A stretch of DNA of 64,000 bases from Anolis carolinensis (taxonomy: Eukaryota): contig NC_085846.1 in the NCBI RefSeq assembly GCF_035594765.1, positions 14,123,190 through 14,187,189 on the forward strand, written 5' to 3'. This document shows positions 11,050 through 21,024 of this stretch, in pieces. Position 1 is the first letter of the stretch; each line of letters opens with the position of its first letter. The translations under genes were made by a program, and so were the position numbers. The notes beneath the pieces were generated by a model. The model had not been told where the DNA came from, did no database searches, and was given only the letters and a program-made list of their open reading frames with translations.

Positions 11050-11439
11050 ACTACAGCTCCCAGAATCCCAGATCATTGGCCAAGGCAGCTGAGCCTTCTG
11101 GGAGTTGAAGTCCAAAAAAAACCTGGACCAGGTATCTTGTACGAAAGAAACTAGCAAAGTGTGAATGACTAGAGAGGAATCACGTGATCCCAGGAGGAGG
11201 CGGGGTCTGGCAAGCGGCATCCGCGGAGGCCTCTGGGGCACCAGAGGGAGGGGAGGGGAGGGAGGCTGGTTTCCGGTTCCGGCCGGGCCTGGACGAGTTG
11301 CAGCCTGGCGGTGGGCCCTCCGCCCCGACCCGCGAGGGAGCAGGGAAGGGCTCTGGGGGGCTCCCCTCACTCCGACCGTGCCACGCCGGGACCAGCCCTG
11401 TTTGGGGCGCGGAGGAGGCTGGGGCAGCGCCATACGCCG
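11050..11439 (+). promoter_or_regulatory. ZNF865: ZNF865 CpG-island promoter and probable non-coding exon 1
   Basis: TCACGTGA 11180-11187, GC box, ttccggttccgg; consensus donor ccg|GTGAGT at 11439/11440. Confidence 0.7.
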
Positions 11440-12300
11440 GTGAGTGCCGACCAGAGCCAAGACGGGCCCGCTCCCCGAAGGAAGGCAGGAAGGCCCTCGC
11501 GCCATACTGTCCTCTGAGGCTAGCCCCCCTCCCCTCTGTTTTCCCCTTTTGCAAACCTCTCTCGCTCTCCTAAAGCCCCCTCCTCCGCCTCACGCTGCTT
11601 CGGCCCCATCGCTTTTCACCGTCCCACCCTACGTTAACATCTGACAACCTGGATCCAGTCTTTCTGATTCACCTGCACATTCTCCCGTTTTACATCTGCA
11701 TAACCCCCGCCCCAATCTTGATTTTCTAGCATAGATTGCTGTTCTGTGTGCCCCCCCCCCCCCAATTGTAAAGGTTGCCTTCTCTCCCTCCCACTTTGTA
11801 GATCACTCCCAAATCTTCTACACCAGGCATGGGCAAACATGGGCCCTCCAGGTGTTTTGAACTTCAACTCCCAACATTCCTAACAGCCTCAGGCCCTTTC
11901 CTTTTCCCCCTCAGCCCTTTTACCCCCCCCCCCCTCTGAAAACCATCCCAGTCTGTATTATGCCCTAAACTAGACCTTTCCAAACATTTCATGTTGGTGA
12001 CACACTTTTTAGACATGCATCATTTTGTGACACAGTCATTCAGTTTTACAAATAAGCTGGAGGTTATTATTATTGTTGTTGTTTATTTTTCTCCCACTTT
12101 TCTCCCATGGGTGGGACACAAAGCAGCAAACAATAATTAAATTGACAGAAATTACATGACACAAAAGCCAGATAAAACTGATAAACAGATAATACAATAA
12201 CCTTTTCTAAGAGATGCAGACACAGAGATAAATTGTTATAATGGAATTTATCGAGATGCAACATCACTCATGAAAACCTTTCACACACACACATATATAT

Positions 12301-12427
12301 CAGGCATGGGCAAACTTTGGCCCTCCCGGTGTTTTGGACTTCAACTCCCATAATTCCTAACAGGCTGTTAGGAATTATGGGAGTTGAAGTCCAAAACACC
12401 GGGAGGGCCAAAGTTTGCCCATGCCTG
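12301..12427. mobile_element. Perfectly palindromic hAT-like MITE (127 bp)
   Basis: 63-bp arms are exact reverse complements around a 1-nt spacer; 8-bp ATATATAT on both flanks. Confidence 0.9.
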
Positions 12428-13902
12428 ATATATATATATATATATATATGATTTATTGCTTATTTCACAGACTCAGGGTTTTCTTGGTATATTCATGGAA
12501 CACACCTGCGCACTGTAGCCAGTGCACTGTTTGGAAAACTGTACTCTAAACATACCCAAGATTTGCAACCAAGCTACTGATTGCAGAACAGTGTAGTGGT
12601 TCTACGGCATTCAATTTTCCTAATTTTTAAAAAATAATACTTTGATTGCTAGTTCCAATTAGAGTTAGACCTCTTGAATCAATGATTGAAGGGTAAGCCT
12701 ACAGTTATGTACATGCCTCTGTGCTAGTTGGGGCTAACCCTTCAAGGTAGTCCATAGGAAGCTGCCCTATACTGAGTCACACAGCTTGAGTTTTTCCATA
12801 GTCCTGTCCCAGTAGGCTTAGACCTGGACTTCTTGCATGCATAGCCTGTGTGCGCTATGACTTTCCTGTTTCTATGCCCTTTACTTCCTCTTGAGGCAAA
12901 TTGCAAGAAAACATGTTACTTAGAATGCATGAAAATCCAGCTCATTAGACATTTTTTTGCTGCCCAGCCTTCACCTTCTGTCTGTTCCTATCTGCTACTG
13001 GCTAACATCATATCCTATTTTACAAGAATCCCCAGATCCATCATTCCCATGTATTCCTCTGAATCAGTGTTTGGAATAGACACATTTTCACATTGCATCT
13101 TGTTTCATTTTGTCACTTTGAATCCCAGCTCTGTCACACATAGCTCCTCTTGTAAGGTTGCTCCCATTCCTATTTCAGCGAATACTAAGATAAGCTGGTG
13201 CTCCTTTCTCCCATTTTATGCTCAGGGTTATGCATATTTCTAAGCGTAATTGCCATAATTATGCAATTGGTCCCATGCAGTGGCTCTGCAGTGTGTCAGA
13301 TGGAATCATTCTCTGCCTTGGGTGCTCTGATCCTTCTGTAACAGCAGACGATGAAACTTTGCACTAAAATCCCTTCTGATGGGCATATCTTCATGCATTT
13401 ATAAATGTATTGCACAGATTCCTCCAGCTTGAGCCTCTAGGGATTAAGCAGAAAATTCTGTACATGCATTTTATTTTGGCTCACTCTGCTCTTCTAGTCA
13501 TGAGGAAGATAGATAAGGAACTGTACACTGTATTGTACTTTTCCCACTGAATAATTTGCCCCATCAATTCTCTGGTTAGGGATTCATGAATGTGTATTAC
13601 CACTTGCTGGATAGTCTCCTTCCTTGATATGCATGTTTTTATCTGAGAGTACAGGTCCTCTTCCTCAGCATTCCTGTCCCCACCCCGAAATTCTGAGATT
13701 TTTACATTCCTGCAACACGGCTTCATTGCCCTTGTTATGTGTTTTTAATTTATCTTTATATAGTAAGTTTGTGACTAGGACTGCTAAATAATTATATGGT
13801 CAGTTTAGACCCACATAATGCAGTTTGAACTGCATTGATACAGCCTGTGAATGTGCAAATTGGTATTTCTGGCACTTCTTAAGCGTTCCTTGTCTGTATA
13901 GA

Positions 13903-14031
13903 GTAGTGGTTCTCAACTTGGGGTCCCCAGATGTTTTTGGCCTACAACTCCCAGAAATCAGTTTACAGCTGTTAGGATTTCTGGGAGTTGAAGGCCAAAA
14001 AAATCTGGGGATCCCAGGTTGAGAACCACTG
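13903..14031. mobile_element. hAT-like MITE (CAGTGGTTCTCAAC family)
   Basis: gtggttctcaac..ggggtccccagat / atctggggatcccaggttgagaaccactg. Confidence 0.75.
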
Positions 14032-16800
14032 GTTGTAGATCTTTCTGGAAATTCCTAACCATGAAAGAAGTATAGCAATGTCTTTTTCAGACATAATAGA
14101 GAGAAAACAGCAAGAACGCACACTGTTTCATTGCCAGTTTTATTTATATATCTCTATATTGATATTGATACATACACACACAAGTGCAAGCTAACGGATA
14201 AAATTGGGAATTCCTGTTTTGTAAGCACTATGCTTGCATTAATTCAACAAATTCCATTCCCCATTGCAACATATGAGGAGCTCTACTTCAGAGCCTTCTC
14301 ACCTATAGTGCTACTCTCCTTAGGTCCTTATCCTACTCTGTCCCACCACCATTACCCATCTAGGACTCCTTAAGCTAACTAGGGCTCTTTGTCTTTTTCT
14401 AGACTCAAGGTTTTGCCCTCTTAAATGTTTTGGACTTCAGCTCCCAGTCAGCATAATCAGTGTTTAGGCATTCCAGGAGCTGCTGTTCAAAATACCTGGA
14501 GAGGCAAAGCTTGAGAATTGCTTCTCTAGATGGCTTGATGTAAACTCTTTGGCACCTCACTTTTCTCTAAATTAAAGTAGACTTCAATTTTTCTAGACAG
14601 GTGCTGTGCTATTAATATTTTGTGGGTTTTTTCCATATGCCTATGTTAGGCATTGCACCTTTTCTGTGCTCACTATATTTCCTAAAATATGGTTAACTTT
14701 AAATAAAGGTGTCTGTAATAGAAGACTGAAGACCTTGCAGGGAATTTGGCTTCTATGTTTCTTACTGCAATAGATTCTGTTCTTTTCCTCTGCTAAGAAT
14801 CCTGAATGCCACATTCCCAAACCATCACTTTTTGTATTATAACTGAGCACATTCTTATTTGCTGTTAGGCCAATTTTCTTTCAGATGTTGAATAATTTGG
14901 ATATCGTGATGGATGAAGTGAAAGGGATAATGAAAATCTTTTACCTTGATCTTGCCTGGGATTATGTGGAGGAAGAATCTTGTAGTTTTTACATTTTTTT
15001 TATTTATATCAGCTTTTCCCCTCAAGATTGAAACCCAAAGCGGCTCCCACTTAACAAGCAATACTTTTAGTATGGTTTTAAGTGTAAATATTAAAACAGA
15101 ATTAAACTTGTACAATTATTAAAACAATTTACTTCTGTGGACCAGGTTGAATTTTTGTGAAGATGCCTTTTTTTAGTCTTGCCAAGGCTTTCAAATGAGC
15201 CTTCATTAAAAACTGGACAAGACTTTTGTTTGGTGTACATACGATGACAGTACATTTTTAGTAATAGGTAGGAGATTGGAAAAGGATACAGCTTCAAGGC
15301 ACATGATGCATCAACCTTGCCAGAAAGCCTAGATCCAATTAGTGCTTGAATGGAAGTTCTTTTGGAGATCCCTTTGTTCCTGGTGTATGACTTGAGAGTA
15401 TTGTTGAAAAGATGTCAGAGCATAAATAAAATGAATTAGTAACATTTATGCACATGAATTCAACTAACGAAGATGTGGGAAATCTGTGGCCTTCTACTTG
15501 TTATTGGAATTATGTTCCCAATCATTTCTGACCATAGATAATTGTTCCTTTTTCCTGGTTTAAGGCATTGTGGTCACATACCATATGCTTCCTCCTTTTC
15601 CAGGAACTTTAGAGAGACAAAAACAATGTTGCTTCAAAGCTACCCAATCCTTGTATTATTGAAGGTTAGCTTTATCCCAACGTAACCCTTGATAAATTTC
15701 CATCATTACTCATCTTATTAAGTTGGGCAGGAACCAGACAAACCTTGGCCACACATTTTCTGGAAAATGCTTGTACTGCTCAAGCATTTCTAAAGGAACG
15801 CAACAGAGTTGTAAAAGGTCTCAGTGCTGAGTACAGTTCTCAGTGCTGCCTTGGCTTTCATCTAATAATTTCAATATCTATAGCTTTACACTAAGGTTTT
15901 GGATTCAGTGATCGTCTGCTTATGGCTGGATCCAGGGGTGATGGAAGCTGTAGTCCTACAGTATATGGAAGGCTATAGGTTCCACTCTCTTTGTTTTACA
16001 TCCCACCTCTCCAAGGCTTCTCTAGAGTCCATTTTGCCTTTACTAATGTGGAAAGCAGAGCTTGGCAACATTACTCTTTTAGATTGCAGCTTCCAGATTC
16101 TCTCAGCCAGTAGTCATGCTAGCTGGAGATTTCTAAAGTGTGGTGAAAGTTTTCTTAAGGACCAGGGACTGCTTCTGGTGTCACTGAATTTTCTAATGTT
16201 AGAAGACATATGGAAAGGTTTGCCTGCTTAGCATGAACAAGAAACAGTTGGCTTGCTGTCTCAGAGCCCTCAAGCATTAGCCAACCTTGTATAGTCTTCA
16301 TATTGTAATTCTAAAGTAGACCACCTTCAGCTCTAGATATTTTGGACTGTATTTCCCATGAACATCAGCCAGCATGGCCAGTGGGCAAGATTGATGGAAG
16401 TTGTAGCCAAAAATGCCTGAGTTTTGCCAGCTAGCATCCTCTCAGTGAACTGTATGTAAAGAAATTATACTGAGCCTTCTCTTTTCTTGAAGTACAGTTC
16501 TTGCAAATTATGAAACGATTAGAATACATCTCGAGTTCACAGCCTCCATGGGAATTCTAGTATGTGTCTTAAGTTTCAAACTGTGAAACAGTCACTGTCT
16601 TTCTGTGTATCTAATCAAGACAGAATGCTATCCTACAAAATAAAATAATTGCAACCAGATTAATTCACAGAATTGATACCAGCTTCAGAATCCAGTGTTT
16701 CTGTATGCATGCAATTGGGATAAATGGAACACAAAATAATATTTATTTTAATAAAACAGACAGTTAGTCTGTGACTAAAAGGAAATGATTGAGAAATATA

Positions 16801-17123
16801 CAGTAGAGTCTCACTTATCCAACATAAATGGGCCGGCAGAATGTTGGATAAGCGAATATGTTGGATAATAAGGAGGCATTAAGGAAAAGCCTATTAAACA
16901 TCAAATTAGGTTATGACTTTACAAATTAAGCACCAAAACATCATGTTAGACAACAAATTTGGCAGAAAAAGTAGTTCAATACGCAGTAATGCTATCTAGT
17001 AATTACTGTATTTATGAATTTAGCACCAAAATATCACGATATATTGAAAACATTCACTACAAAAATGCGTTGGATAATCCAGAACGTTGGTTAAGCGAGT
17101 GTTGGATAAGTGAGACTCTACTG
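16801..17123. mobile_element. Tc1/mariner-superfamily MITE
   Basis: TIR cagtagagtctcacttatccaac / gttggataagtgagactctactg, TA TSD; second copy at 34102-34409. Confidence 0.9.
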
Positions 17124-18087
17124 TACTTTCTTAATGTAGATCCCTTCATGCACCAACTTTAGCTTTCTTTTTGGGTTAGCCTAGGATATATAGGCCTACA
17201 TAATTTTATAATGGCCCAATAAGGTCAGTTAGAACAACTTTCTCGAGGCAATTCAGGAAGTTTTATAAGTTAATACAGAGTTAAGCTGGAGTGTTCTCTG
17301 TTTGTACCCAACATCCCATTGGATTGTATCCATTCTTAGAACCCATAAATCTCCGCAGAACGAGTCCTGTGAATTAACAATCCCCAATTAGTATAGAACT
17401 AATACAAATTTTTCTGACAGTTATATAAAGTGAAGAGTCTGTCATTTAGTGGTAGAGCCAAATGCTTCACATGAACAAGACCCCATTGTCAAATCGAGAT
17501 ATTTCTTGTTAAAGGTCTGAGTAAGCAATTCTGCTAGATACAGAAATAAGATGTCAGATTAAAGCAAGTACTGTATTACTTTATATAGCACATAGTTAAA
17601 CTATGAAGTTCAATACCATAAGATCATAAGTGATTTCCACTTACTTGAAAAAAAAGTAGGAAATGATTATATAAATTCATGGAAGATGACTATCGGTGCC
17701 CACTTGCTATTTCAAGCAAATCTTAACTCTTTGCTTCTGGCATTTTATGGTGACATTAATTAATTTAAAACCACCCAATTTTGTGGATAGAATAGGGGTG
17801 TGAATTCATTTCCCCCAAGTAGGTGGCAAAACCTGCAAGTATTCTGTTTGTCAGTCTGATTTTTTATCTCATTCTTGCATTACGACATTGGTTATGCATC
17901 ATTGTCTAATCCTAGACTACAAACATGAAAAAAATCCGTGTTCAGTAAATGAAGAATTCAACAAGAATTTTTTACCCTGTCTTAAGCATAGCAAATACAA
18001 ATGTTGATATACTTGACATATGTGGGGTACATACATTGCTATCCTGTTTCTCCCCTTTCTCTAGGCAGTGCCCCCTCCTGGGCGGAG

Positions 18088-21024
18088 ATGGAAGCCAATG
18101 CAGCAAGCGACGAGGGTGTGCATTTCCAGAGCTACCCCTTCGACTTTTTGGAGTTCCTGAACCACCAACGCTTTGAACCTATGGAGGCCTACAATCACGA
18201 GCACGCCAAAGCAGTCGCTGCCCTTCCCTGCCCACAGCCACAGTACGACTACACCCAGCAGACGACAGCTGCCCCACCGACCCACTTTGACCGTGTGCCC
18301 ACTGCCCTCGGCACATCAAAGCCCAAAGTTGAAGGCCCATCACCTTCTTCCTCTACAACTGTTTCATCAGCTAACATCCAAGTCAAGAAATCTGAACCAG
18401 GAGGTCCTGCACCGGCTCCTCAGCAGCAGCAGCAGCAACAACAACAACAGCCACCTTACAGCACTCCAGCAGTGGTGCCTGCAACCAGTCAGCCTCTCTT
18501 TGATAGCACAGCGGCTGCAGCCGCTGCAGCTGCAGCTTATAACACTCCTCAGTGGGGCATTGTGGATCTGTCCGGTCATCAGCACCTCTTCAGCAGCCTA
18601 AAACGTGGGCAGGCTCAAACTCCTGCTACTTCTGCTGGTGTTGTAGCTGGTGACAGCCAGGCAGGCAAGGACGACAAGAACTACTTCCGACGTTTAAAAT
18701 ACTTCATCGACCGGCGCTTCCCTTGTGGAGTGTGCCAAAAATCATTCAAGCAGTCATCTCACTTAGTGCAACACATGTTAGTGCACACGGGTGAGCGGCC
18801 CTATGAGTGTACCACTTGTGGGCGCACCTACAACCACATTTCCAGCCTCATCCGGCACCGCCGCTGTCACAAGGACACTGAGGATGCCACAGCAGCTGCC
18901 AGTGCAGCTGATGCTAATGTGGTAGCAGCGGCAGCCGCAGCAGCAGCAGCTGTGGTGGCTGCCAATGCAGCTACTGCTCCAGGTGCTGAGGGAACCACCC
19001 AGCCTCCTGCCCAAAGCAGCAACCCTCAAGTGGTACCTGCGCCTGCTGCGGGCACAGCAGTATCTGCTCTCAGTGCTGCCATAGCTCAGGCTGAAGGCCC
19101 CTTCACCTGCTCTCTTTGCTGGAAGGTGTTCAAAAAGCCAAGCCACCTGCACCAGCATCAGATCATTCACACAGGCGAAAAGCCATTCTCATGCTCTGTC
19201 TGCCAGAAAAGCTTCAACCGTCGGGAGAGCTTGAAACGACATGTGCGGACCCACTCAGACTTGTTGCGAGTGCAGTGCGGAGTCTGCGGCAAGGAATTCC
19301 GGGATGCCTCCTACCTGCTTAAGCACCAAGCAACCCATGCACCTCCTGGTACCTTACCACCACGTCCTGAGTATAAGTGTGATATCTGTGGCAAAGGCTA
19401 TGTGGCTCCTCAGAATCTACTGCGCCATCGGCAGCTACAACACGAAGGAGCTCAACTGCCCAAGGATGGCACCGGTGCCCTGTCCTACCTGCCTCCAGGG
19501 GCCTATCTTCTGCCACAAGACCCACAGGCAACTAGTTCTGATGGTGACACCAAACCAACCTCGTATGGACTTCTCGGTGCTCATCCATTGCTGGTGGGAA
19601 CAGCAGCAGGCAAGAATTTCTGTTGTGGGATCTGTGGCCGAGGGTTTGGGCGCCGAGAGACTCTCAAGCGGCATGAAAGGATCCACACAGGTGAGAAGCC
19701 TCACCAGTGCGCTGTGTGTGGGAAGCGCTTCCGTGAATCTTTCCACCTCAGCAAGCACCACGTGGTGCACACGCGGGAGAGACCCTACAAGTGTGAGATA
19801 TGTGGAAAGGTTTTTGGTTACCCACAGAGCTTAACCCGCCACAAACAAATCCACCGGCTGCAGCTTCCTTGCTCTTTGCCACCCATGGGGCCCTCCTTGA
19901 CACCCATGGGGCCATCGCTACCCCCACCTCCTGAGGGGCTAACGTATGGCTGCTCGGACTGTGGGGAGCGCTTTCCTGACCTCTTTCATGTCATGAGCCA
20001 CAAAGAAGTCCATGTGGCTGAGAAGCCGTACCCTTGTGATGTCTGTGGCAAGTGTTTCGGATTCATTGAAAACCTCATGTGGCACAAGCTGGTCCACCAG
20101 GCTGCTCCTGAGCGGCTCTTGCCACCAGATGAAACCGCAGCTGCGGTAGCCCCTCTGGAAAATGGGATGGCCAGTGGCGACAACTTGACATCTTTTGAGG
20201 ATCACCATCCCACCTTGCCAAGTGGCGAGCGCTTTTCATGCTCCATTTGCGGCCAAACCTTCAAGCATTTCCTGGGTCTTGTGACCCATAAGTATGTGCA
20301 CCTGGTGCGACGCACATTGGCCTGTTCAGTCTGTGGGCAGAGTTTTGCAGGAGCCTATGATCTGCTGCTGCATCGACGTACCCACCTGCAGAAGCGCCAT
20401 TTCTCTTGCCCAGTCTGTGGCAAACGTTTCTGGGAAGCTGCCCTTCTCATGCGCCATCAGCGTTGCCACACCGAGGAGCGCCCTTACCGCTGCACAGTCT
20501 GTGGACGTGGCTTCCTACGTTCGTGGTACCTGCGTCAACACAAAGTGGTGCACACTGGCGAGCGAGCCTACAAGTGTGCCCTCTGCAACAAACGGTTTGC
20601 CCAGTCGTCCAGCTTGGCTGAACATCAGCGCCTTCATGTCGTTGCTCGGCCCCAGCGTTGCCCCACTTGTGGCAAGACCTTCCGCTATCGCAGCAACCTT
20701 CTGGAGCATCAGCGAGTGCACTTGGGTGAGAAGGTCTACCGCTGCGACCGTTGCTCCAAGAGTTTCTTCTACCTGTCATCCATATTACGTCACCAACGTT
20801 CCCACGATGCAAAGCGTGAGTTACGATGTGGGGCCTGCCTCAAGCTCTTCAAAGACCCCAAGTATTTCAGCAAACATCTCCAGGCCCACCAAGGTGGACG
20901 CCCATTCAAGTGCAGCACCTGCGGAGAAGCCTTCTCCAATACCTATGGGCTCAAGAAGCACCGCCACATTCACAAGATGGAGCGCTTTGCTGCTATGGGG
21001 GCTCACAAGGAACAACAACCCTAG
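18088..21024 (+). CDS. ZNF865: Zinc finger protein 865, 978 aa, 20 C2H2 fingers, single coding exon
   Basis: MEAN..EGVHFQSYPFDFLEFLNHQRFEPME..HAKAVAALPC is the recalled ZNF865 N-terminus; acceptor ...ttctctAG at 18064; 20 fingers counted; poly-Q and poly-A tracts. Confidence 0.93.
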   Translation: MEANAASDEGVHFQSYPFDFLEFLNHQRFEPMEAYNHEHAKAVAALPCPQPQYDYTQQTTAAPPTHFDRVPTALGTSKPKVEGPSPSSSTTVSSANIQVKKSEPGGPAPAPQQQQQQQQQQPPYSTPAVVPATSQPLFDSTAAAAAAAAAYNTPQWGIVDLSGHQHLFSSLKRGQAQTPATSAGVVAGDSQAGKDDKNYFRRLKYFIDRRFPCGVCQKSFKQSSHLVQHMLVHTGERPYECTTCGRTYNHISSLIRHRRCHKDTEDATAAASAADANVVAAAAAAAAAVVAANAATAPGAEGTTQPPAQSSNPQVVPAPAAGTAVSALSAAIAQAEGPFTCSLCWKVFKKPSHLHQHQIIHTGEKPFSCSVCQKSFNRRESLKRHVRTHSDLLRVQCGVCGKEFRDASYLLKHQATHAPPGTLPPRPEYKCDICGKGYVAPQNLLRHRQLQHEGAQLPKDGTGALSYLPPGAYLLPQDPQATSSDGDTKPTSYGLLGAHPLLVGTAAGKNFCCGICGRGFGRRETLKRHERIHTGEKPHQCAVCGKRFRESFHLSKHHVVHTRERPYKCEICGKVFGYPQSLTRHKQIHRLQLPCSLPPMGPSLTPMGPSLPPPPEGLTYGCSDCGERFPDLFHVMSHKEVHVAEKPYPCDVCGKCFGFIENLMWHKLVHQAAPERLLPPDETAAAVAPLENGMASGDNLTSFEDHHPTLPSGERFSCSICGQTFKHFLGLVTHKYVHLVRRTLACSVCGQSFAGAYDLLLHRRTHLQKRHFSCPVCGKRFWEAALLMRHQRCHTEERPYRCTVCGRGFLRSWYLRQHKVVHTGERAYKCALCNKRFAQSSSLAEHQRLHVVARPQRCPTCGKTFRYRSNLLEHQRVHLGEKVYRCDRCSKSFFYLSSILRHQRSHDAKRELRCGACLKLFKDPKYFSKHLQAHQGGRPFKCSTCGEAFSNTYGLKKHRHIHKMERFAAMGAHKEQQP

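Larger units (their letters stand above)
8759..11421 (+). repeat. Local segmental duplication, copy B (ZNF865 upstream region, promoter, most of exon 1)
   Basis: Colinear with 2713-6345. Confidence 0.9.

Noticed and set aside
18001-18087. 29-aa N-terminal extension of ZNF865 in the ORF track
   Set aside because: Runs through a polypyrimidine tract and acceptor at 18064; the conserved start is MEAN at 18088
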